IMG/VR virus record: IMGVR_UViG_3300020048_000048
Span: 56,615-120,614 of that record
DNA: 64,000 nt
Reading direction: 5' to 3' (one strand)
DNA from: a virus
The position numbers and the translations under genes were made by a program. The notes under the pieces were generated by a model that was not told where the DNA came from, did no database searches, and saw nothing but the letters and a program-made list of their open reading frames with translations. Below, in pieces: positions 10,301 through 19,685 of this stretch (positions are counted from its first letter, which is position 1; the number at the start of each line of letters is the position of its first letter).

Positions 10301-10637
10301 AGGTAATAATATGTTGTTTAGATCATTAAGAGGAATAACTCAACAACACGTTCATCAATTTAAAGGTTTTGGAGTTTTTGTTTTAGGCGTTATTAAAAAA
10401 ATAGAAAAAAAACCAACAAAAAACGGAAGTTGGTATAAGGTTGTGGAGTTTAGTTTGGGAGTTGAAACCTTTCGATTTAAGGTTTGGAAAAACAATATTT
10501 ACAGCGATTTTATAGACGATTTGAATGAATTGTTACTGGTAGAGGTTGTTCCTGAAATTTATAACGAATTTGTGACCTACACGTTAAAAAAAGTTAAAGT
10601 TTTTTTTGAAAATGACGTTAATAGTATAGGTGTGTAA
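7326..10637 (+). CDS. dnaE: DNA polymerase III alpha subunit (family C)
   Basis: PHP domain HAHSEYSLDG and TDHG, RGSAGGS, catalytic PDIDID, KYDFL, YAFNKSH. Confidence 0.95.
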   Translation: MEITNGFHAHSEYSLDGACTVKQMIKRCEELGRSHCVITDHGVMSALGELYFETKGSKIKPIFGIEAYCINKNWSEKSHHVTIHFKTYKAYQYFCNKFPEMVSTAEVKYGNLKPILQYEDLFEIKNDIVLGSGCFTSWIQSALRENNISKAEKIYDELESLVGKDNFFIEVMPHVLDKNWVKPEVDKETKLILKEGYFEDLGRDLQKDVNILLVKLARKKGGKIICSEDSHMTHEHKKFIQDVRIANGEKTTWKFSVAYSMEPIDKWMPVYEELGISKEELVENSIKHASLFDDFKWEKKLYLVDETLINYTHDSLTKELVSRFDLSLIPVEKKDIYMARFKEEIDVITNNGLANFIPYILLIHEVVQYSRQHNCYISPRGSAGGSLILFLLGISIADPIKYKLSFARFLTKGRIMSGNLPDIDIDCGSRDLVFNYLFTKYKDKICLVSTNQVQKMKNAIKDCERILRGKVSDETVEMTKGLPDFRCSVDEFFNGYEDEDGTHPPYEDTKDGLNFKNWKEVYPDVWEHAHQCLGIQRSRGVHACATLITPERISNIIPISKTKDDYPLSEYVAKIAEKLGIIKYDFLSLDCLSSIGKTIDMINRNYGKDLKWGEFPLDDKVMEFVYRKNNMAGIFQCTRITIPFIKKGNVKTIIDLSNFIALVRPGALDAPAPDGSDQTGAQFYLSVAQGEKQPFSLHKKLDPILEETFGIILYQEQIQEIFKQLGGMDDSEASEAMRAVSKKNKELLEKYCNILIENIKGDFTEEQIKMLIKSIMASGRYAFNKSHSVCYAVNSYAEAWLKFYYPLEFWVCKLNEKIDKLDDIYDSFYPEVKHYIKPIHVGNSDGNEFIIKDGSIYPPLNVVKRISNGNKIKELYDQDWGKFLDNLKNQKPKQKISATELFTALYCGLLGDFSIEDTTKKLEEIKKAMGSKASGGKSKADKIAIGDIKSSLDLVLFKTQNNPVYRFCYADENDLSKKGWDRKSHEWVAYMEGNNMLFRSLRGITQQHVHQFKGFGVFVLGVIKKIEKKPTKNGSWYKVVEFSLGVETFRFKVWKNNIYSDFIDDLNELLLVEVVPEIYNEFVTYTLKKVKVFFENDVNSIGV

Positions 10638-10657
10638 AATTTAGAAAGGTTGGAAAA

Positions 10658-11713
10658 ATGACGTTCAAAATTGCAATTGTGGAGGATGAAAAAACCATTT
10701 CAACTTTAATTGAAATGGAGCTTTTGGACTTAGGTTATGAAGTTCTTGTTTTTGGTAATGCTGAAAAGTATGTACATAATGATTATGATGTGGTTCTATT
10801 AGACCTAAGATTCGATGGAAACAAAACGGCTTTAGAATTGATAAGGGAAGTTAAAAAGTTCAATACAATGACTCAAATTATTGTAATGACAGGTCATGGG
10901 AATAAAGCGACTGTTGTAGAGCTTTTAAGATCATCTATTGCTGACTATATTGAGAAACCTTTTTCCATTGGATTAGATTTAATGCCAGCAATTCAAAGAT
11001 CATTAGACAAAAAGAATCATATTCAGTCAAATATTGAAAAGGAGAAATTGGTAAGTAAAATAAAAGACTTAGAATTAAAGTTAGAATTTTCAGACCTTAT
11101 TCGTGGGTTTATGCATGATGTGAGGAATAGTCTTGCTACTGCAAAAATGGCTTGTGAAGATCTTATTGAAGATGGGGTTGAGGCAAAGCAACTTACAATT
11201 GTTTTAAAGAGCCTTAACTCAATTATTCAAACGGCAAACTCAATAACTGCAACAAACAGCAAACAATTTTCATACAAAGATTTGGATTTTATAATAAATG
11301 AAGCATTATTTTTTAATAACAGTAAAATAAAAGATGTTAATATTATTGTAAATATTGCAAATGTTTTCATATATGTAAATTCACAAATAATAAGTGTATT
11401 TTACAATTTAATTTCAAATGCAATTGACGCAATGGATAAAGATTACAAAGAGGTTAAAATTTTCACAATAATTAGTGATTTAGGTGTTGAAGTTTGTGTT
11501 CAAGATAATGGATCTGGGATCCCAGAATATATTCAAAAGAGTTTGTGGGTTGAGTCATTAACTACAAAAGCAAATGGAAGTGGATTTGGAAGTAAAACTG
11601 TATATTCAATAGTCAACAATCATGGATTTAAAATTTCTTACGAAACTTATCAAAATGTTGGAACTACATTTAAAGTATTTATCCCAAAAACTTTAGTAAA
11701 ATCAATAAATTAA
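10658..11713 (+). CDS. Hybrid response-regulator receiver / histidine kinase
   Basis: REC domain (IVEDE, LLDLR, MTGHG, EKP), H-box HDVRNSL, N-box NLISNAIDA, G1 DNGSG and G2 GSGFG. Confidence 0.9.
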   Translation: MTFKIAIVEDEKTISTLIEMELLDLGYEVLVFGNAEKYVHNDYDVVLLDLRFDGNKTALELIREVKKFNTMTQIIVMTGHGNKATVVELLRSSIADYIEKPFSIGLDLMPAIQRSLDKKNHIQSNIEKEKLVSKIKDLELKLEFSDLIRGFMHDVRNSLATAKMACEDLIEDGVEAKQLTIVLKSLNSIIQTANSITATNSKQFSYKDLDFIINEALFFNNSKIKDVNIIVNIANVFIYVNSQIISVFYNLISNAIDAMDKDYKEVKIFTIISDLGVEVCVQDNGSGIPEYIQKSLWVESLTTKANGSGFGSKTVYSIVNNHGFKISYETYQNVGTTFKVFIPKTLVKSIN

Positions 11714-11791
11714 ATACAAAAATAAACTAAAGTTTTTTTAAAAAAATCCGTTAAGATAATTGTGAGTGCAATTAAAAAGGAGCAAAAAAAA

Positions 11792-14584
11792 ATGAAAACA
11801 AATGAATGGTTTAATGAGTATTTGTCACAAAGTGACTGGAGAGTTAAGGAAAACAGTAATAAACCCTTTTCATTAGGTGGTTTGAATAGTTATGTGGTTG
11901 GAAAAGCCTCTGCCCTAAAGTGGGCAGAAATTTACAATAAAGAAAACCCAGAAATTATTGAAGGTCATAATCGTGGCGACTACCACATTCATGATTTAGG
12001 AAGTTACAGTAGCTATTGCTTCGGAGCTTCTTTAAATGACCTTTTGTTAGAGGGAATCCATGGGATAAAGAACATCTCAGTATCAAAACCTGCAAAAAGG
12101 TTAAGAAGTATTTGCTCACAGATTGCGAATATTGCAACGATTTTTCAAAACGACAATGCTGGAGCTATTGCGTTTTCAAGTTGGAATGTTTATTTAGCTC
12201 CTTTTGTATACTTTGATACATTAAATAGAAGAAAGTTAAGCTCCGACAAGTATGAAGAAATTGAATATGATGAGAATGATATTGAAGACATAACACAAAG
12301 TATACAAAACCTTATTTTTGCACTCAATTCTAATTCTCGTCAAGGCTCTGAACCAGTATTTTCCAACTTTACGTTAGATTTCCATGTGTTAAAGCCAATG
12401 CAAGATCGAAATGTAATCATTGGTGGGAAAGAAATTGAAGGATTTACTTATAAAGATTTTCAAAAAGAATCAGAACTTTTAATAAAAATATTTAGCGAAA
12501 TTATGTTTGAGGGTGATGGTGTTGGAAAACCTTTTGCATATCCTATTCCTACTTTTAACATTGGTAAAAACATGGATTGGGATAATCCTAATTTTCAGAT
12601 AGTGTTTAAGTTGGCATCAAAAACTGGAGCACCTTACTTTGGAAACTTCGTTCAAGGGGTTTTAAATGAAGAGGATGTTTTTTCAATGTGTCCTTTAACA
12701 GGAGATACTGAAGTCTATACAAGGAGTTGTAAGGGGGTTACAATTCAAAAAATTAATATTGTTGTATCTAACCTTAAGAAAGGTAAGGATATAGAGGTTT
12801 TAACTCCTAATGGATGGTCAAAGGCTATCCCAAGAAAAATGTGTATGACTAAAGTATTCAGAATACACCTATCTAACGGATGCTTTGTTGACATGGGTGA
12901 GAACCATTTACAACCTGTTAAAGACTTGGGAACATTGTCCGCTAAAGATTTGCAAGTCGGCATGTGGCTACCAGCTAAAAAAGATGTAAATCATATTAGT
13001 AGTATCCTAGGAAGTAAAGAACTAGGTTTTGTTGTAGGGGCTTATATTGGCGATGGGTCTCATGACGAAGGTGCTTTAGTGTTTTCTTTAGATGCTAGAG
13101 AGAAGGATAATGAAACAGAGTCACGCATTGTTAAATTCTTTAATTCTGTCGGATTTGGAACCAGTGTAACTATAGAAAGTGATAAAAGCTTAAGAACAGT
13201 AAGAGTTAACGGTAACGCTTATGCTTTAATAAGCCTTTTTGTTTCTGGTGATAATGTGTTTACTAAGAGTATAAGTAAAAAGGTGTATGCAATGTCTTTA
13301 AAGTTTATAGAGGGATTATTTGAGGGATTTGAAGCGACCGACGGTTCACGAAGTAAAAAAAGGTTTTACACATCTTCCTTAACTTTAAAAAGACAAATAC
13401 AACAGATTTGTAACTACTTTGGAATAAAATCTTTATCAACCTATAAGGATTCTCGTGATAATAGGTATAGTAATAGACCAAACTATCGAATCGATTTACC
13501 TGAAAGGGGGAATTATGGCGACTTTTTCAAGTCTGACGATAGTTTTAATTATTATAGCATCACGAATATTGAAGAGATTGAAACAGAAGATCGTTTCTTA
13601 TATTGTTTTGAGGTTGAAGATGACAGCCACTTATTTCTACTTGGTTCTGGAATTTATACTCACAACTGTCGCCTCCGTTTAGATAAAAGAGAACTTCAAA
13701 AGAGAGGTGGTGGGTTATTTGGAGCTTCAGAAAAAACTGGCTCGGTTGCAGTATTTACTGTAAATCTTCCTGCTATTGCTTATCGAAACAAGGGCGATAA
13801 AGAAAGTTTTGAAAGAGAGCTTGAACACCTTATTCAAATTGGTGGTCAGCAAATGGAAATAAAAAGAAGAGTTCTTGAACAAGAGTTAAAAAATGGACTT
13901 TTTCCTTCACTTTCTGTTTACTTGAAAAGTTTTAAAACTTTATTTTCAACTATAGGTCTTGTTGGTGGTCATGAAATGTGTTTAAATTTTTTAGGCAAGG
14001 GGATTGAAACAAAAGAAGGAAGAGATTTTACTTTAGAAGTTCTTCACTTTATGAGAGAAAAAATTCAAGACCTACAAGTAAAATATCCAAACACGATGTT
14101 CAATTTAGAGTACACTCCAGCAGAAAGCACCTCTTATAGATTGGCTCTTAAAGATAAAAAACGTTATCCAGATATTATCACAGCAGGGAAAAACGAACCT
14201 TATTATACAAATTCAGTTCATTTACCAGTTGGCATTAAATGGTCTTTTAAAAAGATCTATGAGCATCAAAACGGGCTTCTGTCGCTTGCAACTGGTGGGA
14301 GTGTGTATCACAATTACATAAATGGATCAACCACTACAGCGAGCGTTAAACACTTTCTGAAGCAAGCTTTTAGTAATTATGACCTCCCTTATATTTCATT
14401 TTCACCCGTTTATTCTGTGTGCCCAGAACATGGGTTTATATCAGGTAAACACAAAAAATGTCCACAGTGCGATAAAGAAACCGAGATTTATCAACGAGTG
14501 ACTGGTTATATCAGACCAATCTCAAGCTTTAACAACGGCAAGTTGGAGGAGTTTGAAGAACGTTATCAAAATAGCATAGATTAA
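11792..14584 (+). CDS. nrdD: Anaerobic (class III) ribonucleotide reductase with intein
   Basis: HIHDL, YPIPT, SM/CRL active-site loop, TPAES, YYTNS, CPEHG and CPQC zinc site, glycyl-radical motif RVTGY. Likely start is ATG 11792 after an AAGGAG SD; no ATP cone. Confidence 0.95.
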   Translation: MKTNEWFNEYLSQSDWRVKENSNKPFSLGGLNSYVVGKASALKWAEIYNKENPEIIEGHNRGDYHIHDLGSYSSYCFGASLNDLLLEGIHGIKNISVSKPAKRLRSICSQIANIATIFQNDNAGAIAFSSWNVYLAPFVYFDTLNRRKLSSDKYEEIEYDENDIEDITQSIQNLIFALNSNSRQGSEPVFSNFTLDFHVLKPMQDRNVIIGGKEIEGFTYKDFQKESELLIKIFSEIMFEGDGVGKPFAYPIPTFNIGKNMDWDNPNFQIVFKLASKTGAPYFGNFVQGVLNEEDVFSMCPLTGDTEVYTRSCKGVTIQKINIVVSNLKKGKDIEVLTPNGWSKAIPRKMCMTKVFRIHLSNGCFVDMGENHLQPVKDLGTLSAKDLQVGMWLPAKKDVNHISSILGSKELGFVVGAYIGDGSHDEGALVFSLDAREKDNETESRIVKFFNSVGFGTSVTIESDKSLRTVRVNGNAYALISLFVSGDNVFTKSISKKVYAMSLKFIEGLFEGFEATDGSRSKKRFYTSSLTLKRQIQQICNYFGIKSLSTYKDSRDNRYSNRPNYRIDLPERGNYGDFFKSDDSFNYYSITNIEEIETEDRFLYCFEVEDDSHLFLLGSGIYTHNCRLRLDKRELQKRGGGLFGASEKTGSVAVFTVNLPAIAYRNKGDKESFERELEHLIQIGGQQMEIKRRVLEQELKNGLFPSLSVYLKSFKTLFSTIGLVGGHEMCLNFLGKGIETKEGRDFTLEVLHFMREKIQDLQVKYPNTMFNLEYTPAESTSYRLALKDKKRYPDIITAGKNEPYYTNSVHLPVGIKWSFKKIYEHQNGLLSLATGGSVYHNYINGSTTTASVKHFLKQAFSNYDLPYISFSPVYSVCPEHGFISGKHKKCPQCDKETEIYQRVTGYIRPISSFNNGKLEEFEERYQNSID
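12689..13666 (+). mobile_element. Intein with LAGLIDADG homing endonuclease in nrdD
   Basis: Begins CPLTGDT and ends GIYTHN before the +1 Cys of CRL; block B GENH; two LAGLIDADG-like helices (VVGAYIGDGS, FEGFEATDGS); 326 aa. Confidence 0.92.
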
Positions 14585-14603
14585 TAATTTTCAGGAGAAA
14601 TTT

Positions 14604-15077
14604 ATGATATTACGAGGACCATTTTTTCAAAGAAATAACAACGAAGATCAGCCTTACTATTCTTTGCTTTTTATTGCACCTTCATGTGATTTGAAGTGTG
14701 GGTCTTGTTGTCACAATTCTCAGCTTATGAAGAAAAATAAGATTAAGAATTGGACAAAGAAAGAAATAAAACAAAGGTATGAGGTGGATTTTTTTGAAGG
14801 GATTACTATTGGGGGATTAGAGATAACTTGCAGTAATTATATTTGGCTTAAAGAGTTATGTCAAATTATTGAAGTTATCCAAATTCCTAATGTGACCATT
14901 TACACAAGGGAAGAGTTAACACATCCTAAGATAAAATATCTTATTGACAATATAAATACGAATCTTTACATAAAAACAGGAATGTATATTCCAAATATGC
15001 AGAAAAAAACAGTAACAATTGGAGATTGGGAGATTGAACTTGCATCTGATAATCAAAATTTTCAAAAGGTGAAATGA
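14604..15077 (+). CDS. nrdG: Anaerobic RNR activase (radical SAM)
   Basis: CDLKCGSCCHN cysteine cluster, GITIGGLE, IKTGMY and LASDNQ; adjacent to nrdD. Confidence 0.85.
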   Translation: MILRGPFFQRNNNEDQPYYSLLFIAPSCDLKCGSCCHNSQLMKKNKIKNWTKKEIKQRYEVDFFEGITIGGLEITCSNYIWLKELCQIIEVIQIPNVTIYTREELTHPKIKYLIDNINTNLYIKTGMYIPNMQKKTVTIGDWEIELASDNQNFQKVK

Positions 15078-15667
15078 TGAAGGAAATGTTAGATTTTGTC
15101 GATTCAAAAAAAAGTAGTTTAGGACCCTATTATCAACACCTTGTCAAGAAGATTGAAGAAGGTGCGGACTTGTATTTTTTGGGAGAAGAATACCAAAGAA
15201 CAGCTAAAGAATTGTTAGATTCTGGTCATACTTTGGAAAAAATCGCTGAAATACTTAGTTGTCCAATCGAAGTAATTATTTTAACTGGTCAGAAGTATGA
15301 ATGGGTTGTGTCACCAAAAGATTTTACAGAAGAAATTAAGAAAGTTTCTTGTAATTTATTAACAATATACCAAATGGCGGTTCAAAAGGAACTTACTGAA
15401 ATAATGGCTGGGAAGAAAGATCCTCGTGAAAGTAAGTTTGTTCCAAAAAACCCTCAGGACTTGAACATTTTTATAAAGACGTTGTTTCAAGCACAAAATG
15501 TTACAAATCTGTTTACGATATCTCAGCCTAAAGTTGCTGTTCAGACAAATGTTGTGACAGGTCAAAATGTTCAAGAAAAAATAGAACACAAAGATGAAAA
15601 ATATTTAGACTTGCCAGAAGATAAAATAGAAGCATTGAAACAATTGGAAAGTTTAGATTTTAAATAA
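15074..15667 (+). CDS. Hypothetical protein with HTH-like segment
   Basis: GHTLEKIAEILSCPIEVI resembles a helix-turn-helix. A small terminase is possible but unsupported. Confidence 0.4.
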   Translation: MMKEMLDFVDSKKSSLGPYYQHLVKKIEEGADLYFLGEEYQRTAKELLDSGHTLEKIAEILSCPIEVIILTGQKYEWVVSPKDFTEEIKKVSCNLLTIYQMAVQKELTEIMAGKKDPRESKFVPKNPQDLNIFIKTLFQAQNVTNLFTISQPKVAVQTNVVTGQNVQEKIEHKDEKYLDLPEDKIEALKQLESLDFK

Positions 15668-15721
15668 ATTAAAGTTTTTCTTAAAACCTCCGTTAAGTAT
15701 TAAACAAAGGGGTTTTTTTTT

Positions 15722-16690
15722 ATGGATAATTTCGAGTTTAAAATGAAAAAATCTGGTAGAGTAACTTATGGGATTCCTTATAAAGGAAGTAAACAAGGTA
15801 TTATTAAAGCACTTGCTGAGCAATTTCCTAATGCTGAGAACTTTTATGATCTATTTGGAGGCGGTTTTTCCGTAACCCATTTTATGTTAGAAAATAAGCG
15901 GGATAATTTTAAACATTTTTATTATAATGAAATTGATAGCGGATTAGTTGAGCTTGTAAAAGAAGCAATTGATGGAAAGTTTAGCTATGACAGATTCATA
16001 CCAGACTGGGTTTCAAGAGAAACTTTTTTTAAAGAGAGAGAAAGGAATGCTTATATAAGATTTTGCTGGAGCTTTGGTAATAATGGAAGGGATTACTTAT
16101 TTGGAAAAAATATAGAAGGATATAAAAGAAGCATTCATATGGCTGTAGTTTTTAATGAATTTGACGATTTCGCTTTCGGTATATTTGGGTTTAGGAAATT
16201 TCCTGAAGAAGTTGATAGTATTACAAAAAGGAGACTTTATTTTAGACAAAGAGTGTCTTACTTAAATAAACAACAGGAAACTCCCCTAAAAAGGGAAGAC
16301 CATGAACGACTTAAACGACTTCAACAACTTCAACAACTTGAACAACTTCAACAACTTGAACGACTTCAACAACTTGATACAAAAATTTTATCAATTACTT
16401 CAAAAGATTACAGAGACATTGAAATTTTACCAAACAGTGTTGTTTATTGTGATATTCCATATAAAGACACTAACAAGTATAATATGGAATTTAATCATGA
16501 TGAATTTTTTAATTGGGCTTCATCGGTAGATTTTCCTGTTTTTATCTCAGAGTACGAGATACAAGACAATAGGTTTGAGTTGGTTTTTGAGATTGACAAG
16601 AGAAGTCTTATTCAGTCTAATGGTGATAATAACATTAAGAAAGAGCGTCTGTATTGGAATAAGAAAGGGAGGTTTTTATGCGGTATTTAA
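15722..16690 (+). CDS. Dam-like DNA adenine methyltransferase
   Basis: PYKGSK, SAM-binding DLFGGG and catalytic YCDIPY (DPPY-like). Confidence 0.8.
   Translation: MDNFEFKMKKSGRVTYGIPYKGSKQGIIKALAEQFPNAENFYDLFGGGFSVTHFMLENKRDNFKHFYYNEIDSGLVELVKEAIDGKFSYDRFIPDWVSRETFFKERERNAYIRFCWSFGNNGRDYLFGKNIEGYKRSIHMAVVFNEFDDFAFGIFGFRKFPEEVDSITKRRLYFRQRVSYLNKQQETPLKREDHERLKRLQQLQQLEQLQQLERLQQLDTKILSITSKDYRDIEILPNSVVYCDIPYKDTNKYNMEFNHDEFFNWASSVDFPVFISEYEIQDNRFELVFEIDKRSLIQSNGDNNIKKERLYWNKKGRFLCGI
16304..16375 (+). repeat. 9-bp tandem repeat (x8) encoding (E/Q/K)(R/Q)L
   Basis: Units (C/G/A)AAC(A/G)ACTT, in frame within the methylase gene. Confidence 0.9.
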
Positions 16691-17604
16691 TAATCGGAGA
16701 TACACATATAAAAAATATCAATCAAAAGAAATTGATTGACGAATTAATAAGAGTTGCACAAGAAGAACATCCAGATAGAATTGTTTTACTGGGTGATGAT
16801 TTAAATGATCATGAAAAGGTAAAGCTAAACTCTTTGCAATTAGTTGCTTATATGATAAAGTCTTTAGCAAAAGTTGCACCTGTTATTAAGCTTATAGGGA
16901 ATCATGAAAGGAGTAATAATAAAGATTTTTGTTCAGGAATACATCCGTTTCAATTCCCAATCAACAATACAACCATTGTTGAGTGTCCTATGGTTATTGA
17001 GAATATTGCATATATTCCCTATGTTGAAAACAATAGGTTTCAGGAGGCAATGTCTCAGATTGAATTAAACAATTTTGAAAGAATTTTTTGTCATCAAGAA
17101 TTTGCAGGTGTGCAAATGGGTCATGTAATATCAAAATCAGAAGATAGCCCTAATTTAAAAGTTCCTGTCATTTCAGGGCATATTCATACACGATGTTCTG
17201 TTGGGAATGTTTTTTACTTAGGCTCGCCATCACAACATAATTTTGCTGATGATGAAAATAAAGCTGTTTTGATTACAGATTTTAAAGGAAATGAAAAATA
17301 TATTAAATTAAATGTTCCAAGATTTATAACATACCATTATGAAACTTCTTCAAAAAAGATTCCTGAAATTCCTGTGGATGAAAATTTTCATCGATTGGTT
17401 ATTTCAGGAACGTCAGAAGAGATTTTTACGTTAAAGAAAAACGGAAAGCTGGACACTTTAATGGAAAATGGTGTAAAGATAGTTTACAGGATTAAAAGGG
17501 GTGAGATGGAAATTAAAAAGAATGTAAAATTTCTTTCTATGAGAGAAGTTTTGTTAGGAAGTGTCACTGATGATGAAAAAACTCTTTTTCAGGAGATTGT
17601 ATGA
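16678..17604 (+). CDS. sbcD: SbcD/Mre11 (gp47-like) nuclease
   Basis: Metallophosphoesterase motifs GDTH, GDD, GNHE, HQE and GHIH; followed by an SbcC gene. Confidence 0.9.
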   Translation: MRYLIIGDTHIKNINQKKLIDELIRVAQEEHPDRIVLLGDDLNDHEKVKLNSLQLVAYMIKSLAKVAPVIKLIGNHERSNNKDFCSGIHPFQFPINNTTIVECPMVIENIAYIPYVENNRFQEAMSQIELNNFERIFCHQEFAGVQMGHVISKSEDSPNLKVPVISGHIHTRCSVGNVFYLGSPSQHNFADDENKAVLITDFKGNEKYIKLNVPRFITYHYETSSKKIPEIPVDENFHRLVISGTSEEIFTLKKNGKLDTLMENGVKIVYRIKRGEMEIKKNVKFLSMREVLLGSVTDDEKTLFQEIV

Positions 17605-19643
17605 GAATTAAAATAGAAAATTTCAGAGGTATTAAGTCTTCTGTTGTTGATTTTCCAGAAACTGGACTTTGCCGTCTTTATGGGGATTCAGAATCAGGAA
17701 AGTCAACCACATTCAAAGCGATTGAATGGGTTTTGTTTGGCGATATGAAGAATTTGTCACCAATTGGAACTAAAAAAACTCCTGTTGTTGATTTGGATTA
17801 TTGTGGATTAAACATTCATCGTGAAAAGGGTATTTTGAAAGTTAATGGAGCTGAATTAGAAAACGCTCAATCAATTATAAACAGTAAGTTTTTAAATGCA
17901 AATGTTTTTAACATTGCTGGCGTTGTGAAGCAAGAGATGAAGTCTTGTTTTTTAACATTGTCACCACAAGAGAAGCATGATCTTGTGGTTGATTTGGCAT
18001 TAAGTCAAGATGATATTCCAGTTTTAAAGGAAAAATTAAACCAAAAAATAAAAAAGATTACTGAATCGTATGATAGTTATAATATGGCTATTGGATTGAA
18101 ACAAAGAGATATTGAAAGTTTAATTACAAAAGTCAATACATTTTGCGAAACTCAAGAGGAGTTTGAAACTCCAAATAGCCAAGATGGTGTTGATATTGAC
18201 AATGCAATTGAAAGTTTTAATAAGTCGATGAGCAAATATTATTCTGAAATTGGAGAACTAAATAAAGATATAAGCAACCCATTAAGAAAATTTAATGCAG
18301 AAGTTTACTTTGATCAGATCAAGGAACTTGAAAAAGAATTATCAACATTATCCTGCAAGGAAGTTAATGTTAACGACATTGTAAATAAAATAAAAAAAAT
18401 AGAAAATCAGTTTGAAATTTTCAAGAAAAATAAAGAGATAAATGAAAAACTTCTTACAATTGTTGAAGATAATAGTGATTATGATTCTAAATTGGAAAAG
18501 CTAAGAGAGTTTTACCAGCACACAAACAATTTGTTGCAGGAAGAGTTACTGGGGAAAGAAGTAAAACTTTGTCCTCATTGTAATGGTAAAGTTATAATTA
18601 AGGGTGGGAATATTGTAAAATCTGAAGTAAAGCCTTCAGATGATAGTGTTATTACAAAAATAAAAGAAGATTTGAAAAAGTTAGAACAAAAAGGAAATGA
18701 GATAAAGCTTTTAGTTAACAAACAAAAGCAAGATATAGAGATAAAAAATAAGCTTCTTGGATCAATTCAAGAGTGTAAATTAACGATTGAAAATTTTGCA
18801 CAAATCGAAGAAATGTTAAAGGATTTAAATGAACAATTAATACAAGCAAAGAATCAAGAAAAAATTAACGAAAAAATTAAGATACTAATGGATAAAAAAG
18901 ATAATTTAGTGAATAAGTTAAAAGTATCTCAAGAAGAAGTTGATAAACAAAATTTTAAACCAGTTGAAGAGTTAAGAGATGGGGTATTAATATTAGAAAA
19001 TCGCATTCAACAGTGTGAGGATGAAATACAGAAATTAAAAATTAAAAAACAAGAGTTTAATAATAAAGTAAACATTTACAACGAGTCTGTTAAAAAACAA
19101 GAGCAGATAAAGAGTTATAAAAATCTTGTAGAAAAAATTGAAGGTGAAATTGTTGATTTAAAAGTTAAGATTGATGTGATTTCAAAACAACTTGAAGTTG
19201 CAAAGTCACTTGACGAGAAGATTCAAATCGCTACCATGACAGCTATTATGAGTTGGCTTGAGAATCTTGATGAACATGCTAAGTTTTATTTAAGTCAGTT
19301 TTTGGAAGAAAATTCTATTATAAAATTAACAAATGAGAAGATTTTAAAAAATGGCAATGTTCAGCCAAAAATTTCATTAGACATTACACATAGGGGACTT
19401 CCTATGGGAATTGACAATTTTTCTGGGGGTGCTTACAATAGGGTTGTCCTTGCGTATCAGTTGGGCATTAGTGATGTTTACAACCTCCCATTACTGCTTC
19501 TTGATGAACCTTTAAATGGTGTTCATCAGTCTTTAAAAAGAGAATGCTACGAACTATTAAGAGAAGCTTCTTCTAAAAAGTTAATTATTGTCATTGATCA
19601 TGAAGTTGATAATGATATTTTTGATGAGGTTGTAAAAATTTAA
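17601..19643 (+). CDS. sbcC: SbcC/Rad50 (gp46-like) ATPase
   Basis: Walker A GDSESGKST, coiled coils with CPHC zinc hook, FSGG signature, LLLDE. Confidence 0.9.
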   Translation: MRIKIENFRGIKSSVVDFPETGLCRLYGDSESGKSTTFKAIEWVLFGDMKNLSPIGTKKTPVVDLDYCGLNIHREKGILKVNGAELENAQSIINSKFLNANVFNIAGVVKQEMKSCFLTLSPQEKHDLVVDLALSQDDIPVLKEKLNQKIKKITESYDSYNMAIGLKQRDIESLITKVNTFCETQEEFETPNSQDGVDIDNAIESFNKSMSKYYSEIGELNKDISNPLRKFNAEVYFDQIKELEKELSTLSCKEVNVNDIVNKIKKIENQFEIFKKNKEINEKLLTIVEDNSDYDSKLEKLREFYQHTNNLLQEELLGKEVKLCPHCNGKVIIKGGNIVKSEVKPSDDSVITKIKEDLKKLEQKGNEIKLLVNKQKQDIEIKNKLLGSIQECKLTIENFAQIEEMLKDLNEQLIQAKNQEKINEKIKILMDKKDNLVNKLKVSQEEVDKQNFKPVEELRDGVLILENRIQQCEDEIQKLKIKKQEFNNKVNIYNESVKKQEQIKSYKNLVEKIEGEIVDLKVKIDVISKQLEVAKSLDEKIQIATMTAIMSWLENLDEHAKFYLSQFLEENSIIKLTNEKILKNGNVQPKISLDITHRGLPMGIDNFSGGAYNRVVLAYQLGISDVYNLPLLLLDEPLNGVHQSLKRECYELLREASSKKLIIVIDHEVDNDIFDEVVKI

Positions 19644-19685
19644 TTTAAAGTTTTTTTAAAATCTTCCGTTAACAAGTCAACGGAG

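Noticed and set aside
16302-16529. Asn-rich ORF / AAC-rich tract as a DGR template repeat
   Set aside because: It is the off-frame reading of the 9-bp repeat in the methylase and shares no similarity with the variable region at 33782-33910.
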